Positions 21,143-33,200 are shown, counted from the first letter of the stretch. The stretch: 61,654 nt of DNA from an uncultured Chloroflexia bacterium (GCA_963751345.1 CAVVUS010000041.1:1-61654), one strand, 5' to 3'. Made by a program: numbers and translations. Notes: a model not told the origin generated them from the sequence alone.

Positions 21143-23545
21143 GAGCTTCCATCGAAGACACGACGACCTCGGCACCCGCCAAGCCCTTCCGACGCTGCCG
21201 TCACGCGGATCTCGCCCGCCTCGCCGGTCGACTGCACGATCGCGAGGCACATCCCGTTGAAGGCCTGACGCTCGTGCGCCTGGAAAGAGGCGTGGCTCGC
21301 CGGATCGCCGTTGTCCACGCCGATGAGCGTGCCCGGTCCCTCGACCTCGAAGGTGACCTGGTCATCCGCCGTGGGCACGAAGCGGCCTTCTGCGTCGAGG
21401 ATACGCACGGTGACGTGTGCGACGTCCCGACCGTCGGCCCGTAGCTGGGTCCGGTCGATCGTCGCCTCGACCTTTGCAGCCGCGCCTGCGGTCGCGATCT
21501 CCTGGACACACACCACCTCGCCGTCGCGCATGCCGACCGCCTTCAGAACGCCTGGGGCGTAGGGCACGTCCCACGCCAGGTGCAAGTCGCCGGTCGTCGC
21601 CCAGACGCGGGGCTGACGGATGTTATCGAACCAGCTCATCCTGCGGTCCATATTGGTATGGGCGAACCGGTAGCTCTTGGTGCCCCAGGAGACGCCGTTG
21701 ACAAAGAGCTCGACCGTGTCGCAGTTGGAATAGCACAGCACAGGGATGACCTGCCCCTCTTGCCCCTCCCAGTTCCAGTGCGGGAAGAGGTGGAGCATCG
21801 GCGCCTCGGTCCACTGACTCTGGTAGAAGTAGAAACCGTCCTTCTTGAAACCGCAGAGATCGATGGGGCCGCTGCTGGCGTTCTTATGGGGCCACCATGA
21901 CTCACCCAGGTAGTCGATACCCGTCCACATAAAGTCGCCGGCGACGTAATCGGCCGCGCTCGTAGCCTTCCAGAGCTGCTCGGCCCGGATCATCGCCACG
22001 TTGTAAGGGCGGTGCCATGGCCCACCGCCCTCGCCGCCGAGGCTATAGGCGCCCCGCACGCCTCCCACCGAGACGTTCTCGCTGCCGATCATCCTCCGCT
22101 CGGGATAACGGAAGTGATCGATGGTGTAGTAGCGCGCCCCGCGCTCCTCCCACCGGTCGACGTAGTTGTAGCCGACGACGTCCAGCGCTGCCAGGAACTC
22201 CTCGTGGGTCGGCCCACCGAATGCCCTGGGCCCCTCAATGCGATCGCACGCCGAGGTGACAGGGCGGGTCGGGATCCTCGCGATGGCAGATGTCGATCAA
22301 GTCCTTCAGTCGCCGGACGCCTTCAGGCCGGTTCTGCTCGGGGATCTCGTTGCCGACACTCCAAAGGACGACGCTAGGATGGTTGCGGTCCCGATGGAGC
22401 ATGCTGAGCAGATCCTTGGCGGCCCAGGCATCGTAGATATCGTGGTAGCCGTAGGTGTAGCGCGCCTGCTTCCACTCGTCAAAGGCCTCGTCCATGACCA
22501 CAAAGCCCATCCGGTCGGCCATGTCGAGCAACTCCGGTGCGGGCGGGTTGTGGCTGCAGCGGATCCCGTTGCAGCCCATCTCCTTGAGGATCTCCAGCCG
22601 CCGCTCGAGGACGCGCTCGGGCACCGCGGCGCCCACCGCACCGGCATCGTGGTGCAGGCAGACTCCGTTGATCTTGACCTGCTTACCGTTGAGGACAAAT
22701 CCTCGCTCGGCGTCGAAGAGCGCGACGCGCACTCCGAATGGGGTGTCACAAGCATCGACGATGCGGCCGTCTCCCTCGCGGATCTCGGAACGAATTCGGT
22801 AGAGATAGGGGTCCTCGATCGACCACAGATGAGGTTGGGCCAGGGCCAACATCTGATAGGCCTCGTGGCGTTCACCGGGTGCGATGGGCTGCGACACCTC
22901 CTCGGTCGCCACGATGGCGCCGGCTGCATCCACGATAGAGGTGACCAACGTGCAGCCCCGCTCCACTGCACTGTTATTCTTGATCCACGTCGTCACGGCA
23001 ACCGTCGCCAGATCCTCCGCCACCGACGGCGTCGTCACGTACGTTCCCCAGTGGTCGATGTGAAGCGAATCGGTGACCACGAGCCACACGTGCCGGTAGA
23101 TGCCGGAGCCCGTATACCATCGGGTATCGGGCTGCTGTGAGTTGTCCACCCGGACCGCCAGGACGTTCTCACCCTCCTCGAGGAAGAGGGTCAGATCGTA
23201 GCGGAAGCTCGTGTAACCGTAGGGATGGAAGCCGAGATGATGCCCATTGAGCCAGACGTCAGCGTTTTTGTAGACGCCGTCGAACTCGATCCACACTCGC
23301 CGGTCCATATCCTCCGGCGCCACATCGAAGTGCTTGCGATACCAGCCCACCCCGCCGGGCAGATATCCCCCGCTCTTTGCGGGCACATCCTGGCTGAAGG
23401 GCCCTTCGATGCTCCAATCGTGGGGAAGCGAGAGCGAGCGCCAGTCGCCATCGTCGTAAGCCACCTCGAAGGCAGCCTCTGCGTCTCCCCTCACGAATCG
23501 CCAACCGCCGTCAAACAGCGTCCGCCGTCTCGGGAAACCTTCCAC
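21106..23545 (-). CDS. GH2 beta-galactosidase-like hydrolase (frameshifted ~22260 and near the C-terminus)
   Basis: LPHDWSIE, FDGVY, RWYTGSGIYR, IRCSHNP, WSVGNE, WTGIDYLGE; GTG after AAGGAGG. Confidence 0.9.
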
Positions 23546-23571
23546 TCCGGTCCTCCTTCGGTTCAGGCTGA

Positions 23572-24741
23572 CTACCATGCTTTCAACCCAAAGTCTGATC
23601 GACCCGATCCTCGGCCGCCGATCGAACAATCGCTTCCACCACCTGCGTCTGCTTGAGCCCATCGATGCCCGTGGGCAGCGGACCATAGTCGGCCCACGAT
23701 GCTGGCGTGAGCGTCGCCTCCAGCACAGCGTCGACGAAGCCGTGCACGACGCGCCACCCATCCTTGGGCGCGGCGAAGGCCTCCAGTCCCGTCCTTGGCA
23801 TCCGAAACCGCTCCCGCGCCCGGGAGTGGCTCGGGGGCGTGCACCAGCGCGCGGACCGGGATGCCCAACGCGGCGAGCCGTTCGCGGTGACGGAGAAGTA
23901 CCTCAGGCTCGATCTTCTCACTGAGATTCGCCCGCCATCCGTCGACCTCGCCGAAGCCCGGGATCTTGATGTAGCTCAGATACCCCTCATCCCCTGAGAA
24001 GGCCAGCGAGAACTCGACCAGGCCGTCGATGTGCTTGATCCACTCCGCCTTGATCCTGAACTTCGCGCCGTTGTCGAAGGTCAGGAACGCATCGTAGAGA
24101 TCCGGCGTGTAGCCGAGCACCTTCTGCTGGGCGATGGCGTAGACCTCGCGGACCTCCGCAGGCGCCATCACCCACCGCAGGAAGTCGACCACGTGGCTGA
24201 GGAGGAAGTGGGCCGTGGAGGAGCCCGCGGCCCACTCGCGGGTTCGATCGCCCCAGAGCTGGGTCGGCACCACGATGTGGTCATCAAGGTGCGCCTCGCC
24301 GTAGACGACGTCGCCCAGGAGGCCCTGCTGGATCACGTAGTAGGTCGCGCGGTCCATCGCGGAGCCCCGATTGGCGTAGTTGATGAAGATGCGGGCACCG
24401 GCCTTCTCAGCAGCATCCAGCATCCGCCGCGCGTCGTCGACCGTGGTCGCCATCGGCTTCTCCTGGATGATCGTGGGCACGCCGGCCTCAATGGCCGCCA
24501 GCACAGGCGCTGCGTGGAACGGATCCGGCGTGGCCACGACGGCAATATCCGGCTTCTGTTCCCTCAGCATCTCCGTGGTGTCGGTATAGACCGCGGCACC
24601 CACGGGATCTCCTACCTCGTGCGCCCTCGCCGATCGGATGTCTGCGACACCCGCGACGGACACCTCCGGTCGCTCCTTGAGCAGGGCGACGTACTCACTG
24701 CCCAACAGGCCCAGCCCGATGACACACGCCTTGAGCTGCAT
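23572..24741 (-). CDS. Gfo/Idh/MocA oxidoreductase
   Basis: IGLGLLG, ATPDPFH, EKPMA, HVVD. Confidence 0.85.
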   Translation of the reverse strand: MQLKACVIGLGLLGSEYVALLKERPEVSVAGVADIRSARAHEVGDPVGAAVYTDTTEMLREQKPDIAVVATPDPFHAAPVLAAIEAGVPTIIQEKPMATTVDDARRMLDAAEKAGARIFINYANRGSAMDRATYYVIQQGLLGDVVYGEAHLDDHIVVPTQLWGDRTREWAAGSSTAHFLLSHVVDFLRWVMAPAEVREVYAIAQQKVLGYTPDLYDAFLTFDNGAKFRIKAEWIKHIDGLVEFSLAFSGDEGYLSYIKIPGFGEVDGWRANLSEKIEPEVLLRHRERLAALGIPVRALVHAPEPLPGAGAVSDAKDGTGGLRRAQGWVARRARLRRRCAGGDAHASIVGRLWSAAHGHRWAQADAGGGSDCSIGGRGSGRSDFGLKAW

Positions 24742-24750
24742 AGAACCCTC

Positions 24751-25926
24751 CTAATCCCACCAGGGCTCGCCCTCGGCCCGGTTTGCCTTCAGATAGTCGA
24801 AATCGAGCTGCAGCCCAAGGCCGGGGCGCGAGGCGACCTTCATATGGCCATCCTCGATGACCAGCTTTTCCCCGGTCGCTTCCGGGGCCTCGTCGGCGTT
24901 GCGCGTGCACTCCATCAACGGGCAGTTGAAGATCGCCGCCGAGAACTGCTGCGACGCCATGTTCAGCACGTAGCCGCTAACGTTGTGGCACGAGATCGGA
25001 ATACGATAGAGTGCCGCCAGCTCGGCGATGCGCTTGGCACCCGTGATACCACCGCAGTTGATCAGGTCCGGCTGGAGTTGGTCCACGACCTGGGTCTGCA
25101 GGAAGGGCAGCGCGCCCTCGGCCAGCGCGATGTTCTCCCCCGTCATCAGCGGGACGCGTGTGGTCCGCCGCAGCGCAACCCAGGCGTCGGAGAACTCGGG
25201 CGCGATGGGATCCTCGAGGAAGAGGGGGTTGATGGGCTCGACCGCCGCCGCGACCTGAATCGCGCTGGGTAGGTCAAGTTCATTGTGACAGTGGACGATG
25301 ATATCGATGTCGTCGCCCAGCGCCTCGCGCGCAAGCTCATAGGCGCGGGCGACGTTGCGCACCTCGCGCGGACTGATGGTCGGGATGAACTGCTGCATGT
25401 GGGCACCCAGCACGTGATGGATGTCGATCTTGTAAGCCCCGAAGCCATGGGGATCGTCCTTGAGATCCCGTGCACGATCACGCCACTCCTCCTTGCTGAG
25501 GAAGTCACCCCCGCGGCAATGCGAGTAGAGCTTGATCCGGTCGCGGAACGGGCCGCCCAGCAGCACGTGTACCGGTTGGCCCAGGATCTTGCCCGCCAGA
25601 TCCCAGAGCGCGATGTCAATCGCGCTGACCACGCCCATCACGCGCCCGCGCTGCGGGTAGGCGTAGAACATGTTGTGGAAGTGGACCTCGATCGCCAGCG
25701 GGTCCTTGCCGATCAAGCCCAGATGCGGCAGTCGCGGCCCCTCGAGCGCGGCAATGGCGGCCCGCACGAACGGCCCGCTGCCATGGCACGGCCCATAGCC
25801 GGCAATCCCGGCGTCGGTCTCGACTCGCACGAGTGTGGCCCCGCGCCGCTGCTGCACCGCCTTGATCGCCGTGATCTTCACCTGTCCCTTTACCGACTCG
25901 GCCCCGGTGACTAACCCTCCGTTCAT
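24751..25926 (-). CDS. Mandelate racemase/muconate lactonizing enzyme family
   Basis: AIDIALWDLAGK, EDP, TGEN, QPD, PGLG. Confidence 0.88.
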   Translation of the reverse strand: MNGGLVTGAESVKGQVKITAIKAVQQRRGATLVRVETDAGIAGYGPCHGSGPFVRAAIAALEGPRLPHLGLIGKDPLAIEVHFHNMFYAYPQRGRVMGVVSAIDIALWDLAGKILGQPVHVLLGGPFRDRIKLYSHCRGGDFLSKEEWRDRARDLKDDPHGFGAYKIDIHHVLGAHMQQFIPTISPREVRNVARAYELAREALGDDIDIIVHCHNELDLPSAIQVAAAVEPINPLFLEDPIAPEFSDAWVALRRTTRVPLMTGENIALAEGALPFLQTQVVDQLQPDLINCGGITGAKRIAELAALYRIPISCHNVSGYVLNMASQQFSAAIFNCPLMECTRNADEAPEATGEKLVIEDGHMKVASRPGLGLQLDFDYLKANRAEGEPWWD

Positions 25927-25977
25927 TCGTTCCCTCGCTTTCTCGCCTGCTCGCTTTATCGCTCTATCGCTGATTCT

Positions 25978-27157
25978 TCATTCCCCGATTCTGATCCTCG
26001 GGCACCGCGCCACCAACTCCTCGTTCAGCGTGACGCCCAGACCAGGCCCCTCGGGCACCGGCATATGCCCGTCCCTGATTTGCGTGTCAAGCGGTTCGTT
26101 CACCAGTTCGTAGGCGATGGCGTCGCGGAAGGGCACCATCTCCTGGACCAGGAAATTGGTCGTGCACGCATCGATCTGGGCCGCGACGGCGGTGGCGATG
26201 GGGCCATGACAGTTGTGTGGCTGGATGTGAAGATCGTAGGTCTCGGCATAGGCCGCGATCTTCTTCACCTCGGTGATCCCGCCGGCGAGCCCGATGTCGG
26301 GCTGCAGGATGTCGATGACCTGCTGCTCGATGTACTCGCGGAACCCGTAGCGAGTGTAGAGCCGCTCGCCCGCCGCTATCTTCAAGGGCACGTTGTCGGC
26401 GACCTTCTTCATGCAAGCCACGTTCATCGCGTCGACAGGCTCCTCGTAGAAGTAGGGATCGAGATCGACCAGCCGGCGCCCCATCTCGATGGCCGACGTG
26501 GGGCCAAACCAGCCGTGGCACTCGACCATGATGTTGACGTCGGGGCCTACGGCATCGCGGACGGCCTTCACCCGCGCATAGGCCAGGTCGGCGCGCCAGG
26601 GCTCCAGGACCCGCTCGTGGTCCGCGCGCCCGGCCCCGCGGGGCGCGAAGAATGGGTTGAACTTGAGGCCGTCGTAGCCCAGCGCCGACGACCTCGGCTG
26701 CGATCTCGCCGAAGTCCTCCGGCGTTACCGGCACGCGGTTATTGCCCGGCGCCCATTCGCCGCTGTACCAGCCATTGGCGTAGACGTGGATGCTGTCACG
26801 GACCTTGCCGCCCAGCAGATCGTAGACCGGGCGACCGAGCGCCTTCCCCTTGATGTCCCAAAGCGCCTCGTCGATCGTACTCATCCCGCCATAGACCACG
26901 GGGCCGCCGCCCTGTCCCCAGAAGGTCCGGCGATAGAGCTTATGCCACATCGCCTCGATGAGCATCGGATCGGCACCGATCACGTACCGCCCCACCATCT
27001 CCCGCATCATCTCGATGGCGGCCTGCCTGCCCACGCCGTAGGCCAGCGGGAACTCCCCCAACCCGTAGATCCCCTCGTCGGTGATCAGGCGAAGGATGAT
27101 CGGCGGCTTCCAGCGATGTAGATCAACGTCATAGATGTCGGCTGCAATGACTTTCAC
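25978..27157 (-). CDS. Mandelate racemase family acid-sugar dehydratase (frameshifts ~26590-26680)
   Basis: ALWDIKGK, YANGW, ECHG, AAGERL, QPD, GPGLG. Confidence 0.85.
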
Positions 27158-27175
27158 GAGCGTAGTCTCCCTTCC

Positions 27176-27805
27176 TTAGCCCTTCCCTGCACACCAACGC
27201 AGTACGTTTTCGAGCAAGACCTGGTAGGTGGGCGTCAGCCATACGTCGGTGTTGTGCCCAGGAGTGAGCACGCAGACACGGCCCGCACCCTCGGTGCGCG
27301 TCCAGCCACCTGGCTGCGTGCCGTGTTCCGAGGTCGTGGTGAGGAAGATATCTGTTGTGCCCTCTTCCATCGCCATATGATAGTGTTCGTCCATGGCCGT
27401 GAATGAGGTGACACCCGCCGTCAAGGGATGCCCCGCCTCAGGTGTGACAGTGACAAGGCACTGCGCCGGGTGCTGCACAAAGGTGCCACCGAGCAGCGGA
27501 CGCAGAATCTCGGTATCCCGGTAGACGGTGCCGGAATGGGTCGCCAGCAGACCGCCGCCCGCGACCACATAACCGTGGAACGCCCGCTCCACCTCGGGCG
27601 TGGCCCAGGGCGACTCGTGGGCTTGGGTCACGTATTTCGACTTGCTCAACACGACGACCGGATACTGCGCCATCTTCTCGGCGGACCATTCCGCCGCGTC
27701 GTCAATCCAGTCGAACTCGAAGCCTTTGGCGGCCAAGGGCGCCAATCCCTCGTGTACAACGCTGCCGGGATGCCAGTAATCGTCGCTGATGACCAGAACG
27801 CGCAT
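27176..27805 (-). CDS. ThuA-like (class I glutamine amidotransferase-like) protein
   Basis: DYWHP, GGGLLATHSG, DEHY, GRVCVLTPGH; AGGAG RBS. Confidence 0.8.
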   Translation of the reverse strand: MRVLVISDDYWHPGSVVHEGLAPLAAKGFEFDWIDDAAEWSAEKMAQYPVVVLSKSKYVTQAHESPWATPEVERAFHGYVVAGGGLLATHSGTVYRDTEILRPLLGGTFVQHPAQCLVTVTPEAGHPLTAGVTSFTAMDEHYHMAMEEGTTDIFLTTTSEHGTQPGGWTRTEGAGRVCVLTPGHNTDVWLTPTYQVLLENVLRWCAGKG

Positions 27806-27887
27806 GTGATGATCTCCTATGTAAGTATGTTGGACGTTTGAAAGTTGGCAGGTTTGGACGCAATCGGCCCGTCGATAGACGGAGGAT

Positions 27888-28054
27888 TCACAGAAGAACT
27901 CCGATGGCACGCACGAAGGCGCGCAGATCGTCGAGGTTCTCATGCAGGATCGTGTAGACGCGTACGACGCAATGCTCAAAGAAGGGCTCCGATGGCCCGC
28001 ACGAAGGCGCGCAGATCGTCGAGGTCCTCCTGCAGGATCGCGTAGACGCGCTCG
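27888..28054 (-). repeat. Diverged tandem duplication of the hepT 3' end (~78 bp, 88-bp period)
   Basis: 27888-27966 vs 27976-28054 encode RVYTILHENLDDLRAFVRAIGVLL* vs RVYAILQEDLDDLRAFVRAIGALL*. Confidence 0.85.
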
Positions 28055-28393
28055 TAATCAACGGCCCAGTACACATGGACGAGCATATTGCGAAAGCGCG
28101 CCATCTGCTGGAGATTCCGCGCAAGCTCTCTAGGAGATGATGCCCGCATCCCCAAGGATGGCAAAGCACTCCGCGTACGCCTCAGGTGCACGGTGAACGA
28201 CATGCGCACTCACGTGAAAGCAGAGTTGGATAGCAGCTTCGATGGCGACCAACAGACGATAGCTGGCGATGTCCAGCGCGTCCTGGTCGGCGAGGAACGT
28301 CTCACGGGGCAACGCAGCGAACTCATCGAGCCGCTCCAGCGACTCCCGGATATCGTCGAAGCGCGCCTGAACCAGATCGGCATTCAGTGCCAC
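27976..28393 (-). CDS. HepT-like (DUF86) HEPN RNase toxin (frameshift ~28135)
   Basis: AIEAAI, PEAYAECF, MARFRNMLVHVY. Confidence 0.85.
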
Positions 28394-28845
28394 GAGGTCA
28401 TCGCCTCCTTGAGCGCGGCTTCGTAGAGCGGCTTGATGTCGAGATAGCGGCTGATCGTTGTCGCGGTCCACTCCGTACGGAGAGCGTCGTCCTGGTTGGT
28501 GAGAAGCTACCCGGTGCGAAGCACCTGATAGCGAAACCCCAGCGGCGCAGCATTGAGCGCCCGCACGTCGATGGGAGGATGACGACGGATACGGAGGTCT
28601 GCAAAGACGACCTCTTCCAGCGAGGAAGCCAGGTCAAAGGTCCGCCGGCTCATCTCGAGGTCGCTCAGGCCCACGAAGTAGACGGCGACATCGATGTCGT
28701 GGAACGGGCCCTCCGTCACAAACGACCCGTGAACAAAGGAGAACGCGACGTCAGATTCGGCAGCCAACGCCTGACCAAGCGCCTCACGGACTTGGTCGCG
28801 TCGCACCGCCGCATAGTCGAAGAGCGGCTCTCCGAATGTAGACAT
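28384..28845 (-). CDS. MntA-like nucleotidyltransferase antitoxin (frameshifted ~28510)
   Basis: HGSFVTEGPFHDIDVAV, IDVRALNAAP; upstream of hepT. Confidence 0.82.
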
Positions 28846-28876
28846 ATCTCTACAATACGCTTGACGTCCACGTTCG

Positions 28877-30849
28877 TCAACCGATGGATATCGCGGCAAG
28901 ACACGGTCGCATCGACATGTCGACACGTCTCTGCGACCGCAGCCTTTCCTTATGAGACGCCGCCGAGACGACGCTAGTATGCCCCCAGCGAAAGAGGCGG
29001 AACATATGCGGCCCCACTTGGGTCGTGATGCGCGTCTCGCCCGTGGGCTGCTCGCGCCAGTCCAACACCGGCTCGCCTTCCAGCACCTCGCCGGTGAGCA
29101 GGTCCCGCACTTCGGTCACGCCCTCACTCGCCACGATCGTGACGTCCGTCACCTCGGGCAGGAACGACTCGACGATGAAGGTGTCGTTGTCGTAGGCGAA
29201 GAACGCCACCTGCGCCGGGGCATCGACGTGGACGGGTAGGTCCGCCACCACAACCGCGTGGATACGCGCCAGCACCGCCTCGGGCAGCTTGTACAGGTCG
29301 TCGAAGTTGTCCGGGATCGTGAGGACGTAGAGCACGCCCGATGCGTAGGCCGCCGAGTGGAGCACCGGATGGCCGGTGGTCTCCGTGAGCCCAGAGATCT
29401 CCTCCCACGAGTCATTCGTCATGTAGCGAATGTGGGGGATCAGGATCGGCGCATCGGCCTTCACCCTCGTGCGCCAGCCCATCAGATACTCCTGCACGAT
29501 CGCCTTGGCCTCCGTCACCTCCAAGCTCGACGATGTCCTCGATCGTGTTGCCTGGCTCACCGCCCTGCAATGCGCGGTAGAGCCCCGAGGTCACGACGAC
29601 GTTCTTGCCGTCGAGCAAGTGCTCGGAGATCTTGGCAACGATGTCGGGATCGGCCTTGGCTGCCTCGGTCAGCAGGACGGTCCCTGCCTCTGCCGGGAAG
29701 GTGGGCTGCAGCGCGATGGGGATCCCGAGCATCCCCAGGTAGTCGTGCAGGAAGTCCTCGCCCTCGGCGTGGAAGGGCCGATAGCTGGCAACGCCCACCG
29801 GCTCGCCCAGCTCGCCAACGACGGCGTCGACCCGCTCGAAAGCGTGGCCCGCGGCCAGCGCCAACGTGGCGCCCTCGGCCAGGGAGCCGTCGGCCTGGCG
29901 GTGCTCCTTCACCATCTCGTCGAAATCCACGCCGATACCCCAACTGCGCGGCGCGGTAGGCCGGTCGCCCTGCCACGCCGCACGCTGTCGAGGGCTGGAC
30001 CGGCATCTGCAGCGAGCGGAAATCGAAGAGCATGATCTCCGGCGCCTTGCTGAAGGCGGTCAGCCAGAGCTGTTCGGCGTAGCGGTCAGCCGTGCTCGAG
30101 CCGAACGGGTCCACCCAGCCGCCGCCGTTGCGACCAGGGGCGATGGCCTCAAAATAGCGGACAATCTGGTAGCTCTCATAGGGCTGAAGGTGCTGGTTGC
30201 TCAGCACGGCATCGCGGGTCTCCGTGCCGGTGTAGATGCCATCGAAGATTGCGGGCTGGAGCTCCAGGTTGAAACCAAGAGCGTGGAAGTGCGGGTACCA
30301 GTTCGGATACTTGATCGTGACGTGCACGTCGGGATTGACGGCCTTTGCCGGGCCGACCACCAGGTCGCGGGCGGCCCCGGCCATCAGGTCCAGACGGTAG
30401 TCGGTCCAGGTGCGGTCCCCCTTGGCCTCGATGCAGGCCGGGCACTTGCAGTTGGTGAAGAAGAAATCGTCGAGGAGGAAATCATCGAAGAGGCTCGCCG
30501 TGTACTCGGCGATCTCCTTGACCTTGGCCCGCGACTCGGGCCGGGTATAGCAGTAGGTTTGAAAGCGATTGCGCTCCATGACGGTGAAAGTGATGCCTCC
30601 CGAGGTGCGCACGCCCCGGTCGGCGAAGAACTGTCGCGCAGCCCTGATGGTGGCTTCGTCGGCTATCAGTGTATCGCGATGCGTCTCCAGATAGACCCTG
30701 TCGACCTTGAGATAGCGCTGCATGACGTCAAAGCGTGCCGCCAGCCAGTCGAGATCGGCCATGTCCCGTACCTCGTACGCGCGGGCGTAGATGGCCACAT
30801 TGAAGTTTCGGTAAGAGCCTGTAGCCTTGTTAAGTGACGAGACAGTCAT
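28877..30849 (-). CDS. Hypothetical glycoside-hydrolase-like protein (frameshifted)
   Basis: LETHRD, LDDFFF, CKCPAC, KYPNWY; three overlapping frames form one continuous protein. Confidence 0.5.
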
Positions 30850-30918
30850 TGACGAAGACCTCCATCCTGCGGATTAGTTGGCCTCCCATCCTCCAAGGAC
30901 GGCCATTCGGGTGTTTCC

Positions 30919-30954
30919 ACGTTCAAACGTGCTGACGTGGAAACGTGCAAACGT
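30919..30954. repeat. Degenerate 8-bp-period ACGT repeat
   Basis: ACGT at 30919, 30927, 30935, 30943, 30951. Confidence 0.75.
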
Positions 30955-31005
30955 CTCCAGTTTACACCTCGGGGGCTCAGGGTACAATTGAGTGCAGGGG
31001 GACAC

Positions 31006-31695
31006 TTGAGCATCAACACAATTACCGAACGTCTGATAACGCAGCCGAGGACACGATTTGTGGCCTTCGGTTCATCGAATACCGAGCGGCGCATCCACGG
31101 GCTGCACTGGTTTGATTGGCTGGAACTGGGCCTGGCCCAGACCTATGGCCGGAGGCACCACTTCATCAACGCAGGTGTCGGGGGCGACACCACGCGCGAC
31201 CTCTTGGCGAGGTTCGATGAGGATGTGGCGCTCTATCAGCCCCACGTCGTCTTTGTCACCATCGGTGGCAATGACGCAAAGCCTGACTCGGGCATCGACG
31301 AAGAGGCCTTCCAGGCCAATCTTCGGGAACTCGAGAGACGAATCCGAGACCTGGACGCGATCCCCGTCTTCCAGACCTACTATGCTGCCGATGTCGAAGG
31401 GCTTGGCCCGGCGCACGGCACGCGTTTTCTAGCGTTCATGACGGTCGTTCGCCGGGCGGCACTGGGAACAAGCTCGATCCTCGTCGACCACCACCGGCGT
31501 TGGGAGCCGCTGCGCCAACAGCACGTCGATCTCTATCGGGAGCTAATGCAGGACCCGCTGCACGTGAATCCCCTGGGCAATATGCTCATGGGCCTCGACC
31601 TGATCCGGGCCTTTGGAGCCCAACTTGCCGAAGAGCAAGCCACCTTCTGTGCCCGCGGTCTACTCTTTCAGAGAATCCTTGACGCATTGACGTAG
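31006..31695 (+). CDS. SGNH/GDSL hydrolase
   Basis: FGSSNT, NAGVGG, GGND, DPLHVN. Confidence 0.85.
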   Translation: MSINTITERLITQPRTRFVAFGSSNTERRIHGLHWFDWLELGLAQTYGRRHHFINAGVGGDTTRDLLARFDEDVALYQPHVVFVTIGGNDAKPDSGIDEEAFQANLRELERRIRDLDAIPVFQTYYAADVEGLGPAHGTRFLAFMTVVRRAALGTSSILVDHHRRWEPLRQQHVDLYRELMQDPLHVNPLGNMLMGLDLIRAFGAQLAEEQATFCARGLLFQRILDALT

Positions 31696-31700
31696 GCAGA

Positions 31701-32843
31701 TCAGAAGTCCCTTACCGACCCATCGAGCGCATCCAACCTCGGCTGTAGCGTCGGCGTAAAGGTCTTCGATGCCGCCAGTGCTTCGTCGAACGTAATGCCC
31801 AGCCCGGGTCCCTCAAGCGGCAGCGCGTAGCCATCTACGACCTTGGGGTACGGCCCCACCACATCGGTCTCACCCGCTCCGTTGACCCATGGGGCCTCGA
31901 TCAAGGCGACGTTGGGAATGGCCAGGGCAGCGTGCAGCGTTGCCGCGGTCCCCAGCGGACCTGCATTGTTGTGAAGAATGAGGCTCTGATAGTAGGTCTC
32001 GCCCATTGCCGCGATCTTGCGCATCTCGGTGATCCCGCCGCAGTGACAGACGTCGGGACGCAGGTAGTTCACGTACTGGTTGACGATCAGCTCGCGGAAC
32101 TCCCACTTGTTGTGGTAGCGCTCGCCCGTCGCCAACGGCAGGGTCGTCGCTGCCCGCACCTGTGCCAACGCCTGCGGGTTCTCGTGGCGCACGGGATCTT
32201 CGATCACGAAGGGATGGTACGGCTCCACCCGCTTTGCCAGCTCCACGGCCCACACCGGGTCGTACCGTCCGTGACATTCCAGGATAATGTCCACCTCGTC
32301 GCCCACGGCCTCACGAATAGCGGCGATGTACTCGACCTGCTGCTCGACCGCGAGCCGGTGATCGTGGAGGTCCTGATCGTCGTAGGCGTGGAATCCGCGG
32401 AAGCGAATGGCCGTGATACCCCTGGCGACCCGCTCACGCGCCTGCTCGGCGATCTCCTCTGCCGACCGTCCCGTGACGTGGCCATAGACCCGCACCTTGG
32501 TCCGCGCGAGCCCGCCTAACAACTGGTAGACCGGCATGTCGTGGGCTTTTCCCTTGATGTCCCACAATGCCATGTCGATAGCGCTGATCGCTGCCCCCGT
32601 CGCGGGCCCACCGCGATAGAAGCGGCGGCGAAAGCAGGCCTGCCACAGGTACTCAATGCGCTCAGGGTCCTCGCCAATGAGGTAGGGCGTGAGGTCCTCG
32701 AGCATGCCATATGAGGCGTGCGGCAGAAAGTGATTGGTCGCCTCGCCGTACCCCGTGATCCCGGCATCGGTCTCTACCTTGAGAAAAACCGCATTGCTGC
32801 GCACATCCGAGGTAAGGTAATGCTCAACGTTGGTGATTTTCAT
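31701..32843 (-). CDS. Galactonate-dehydratase-like enolase-superfamily enzyme
   Basis: FYRGGP, ALWDIKGK, ECHGR, ATGER, RPD, GPGLG. Confidence 0.85.
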   Translation of the reverse strand: MKITNVEHYLTSDVRSNAVFLKVETDAGITGYGEATNHFLPHASYGMLEDLTPYLIGEDPERIEYLWQACFRRRFYRGGPATGAAISAIDMALWDIKGKAHDMPVYQLLGGLARTKVRVYGHVTGRSAEEIAEQARERVARGITAIRFRGFHAYDDQDLHDHRLAVEQQVEYIAAIREAVGDEVDIILECHGRYDPVWAVELAKRVEPYHPFVIEDPVRHENPQALAQVRAATTLPLATGERYHNKWEFRELIVNQYVNYLRPDVCHCGGITEMRKIAAMGETYYQSLILHNNAGPLGTAATLHAALAIPNVALIEAPWVNGAGETDVVGPYPKVVDGYALPLEGPGLGITFDEALAASKTFTPTLQPRLDALDGSVRDF

Positions 32844-32930
32844 CCATAGCTCCCGTTTGCGTATCGTGGGACAGATATGTCGCTACCGGATGAGCACTTT
32901 GAGCTCCGCAGGAGAGCCCAGAGCGCTGCA

Positions 32931-33200
32931 CTACGCCGGCGAGGTACGCGGTCGTGTGACCCGCTCCAGCGCATCAAGGATCGCAGTCGCCTCCGCCGCG
33001 GACGAGCCACACATCTCGGGATCAGGGCGCAGGTGGACGCATACGGCGGGCCGTTCGGGGCATCCGAAAAGGCGACATTGATTGTCCGACGTCAACTGGA
33101 CACAGCGCACGCCCGCCGGCTTCCCATCCGGCATACCGGGGATCGACGACGTGATCGACGGAGCGATGCAGCACGCTCCACAACCTACGCGGCACTGCAA
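32931..33200 (-). CDS. YkgJ-family cysteine-cluster protein
   Basis: CRVGCGACC, GKPAGVRC, RPAVC. Confidence 0.85.
   Translation of the reverse strand: MQCRVGCGACCIAPSITSSIPGMPDGKPAGVRCVQLTSDNQCRLFGCPERPAVCVHLRPDPEMCGSSAAEATAILDALERVTRPRTSPA

Noticed and set aside
27888-28054. DGR template/variable repeat pair
   Set aside because: Mismatches are not adenine-specific on either strand, and no reverse transcriptase is in the window
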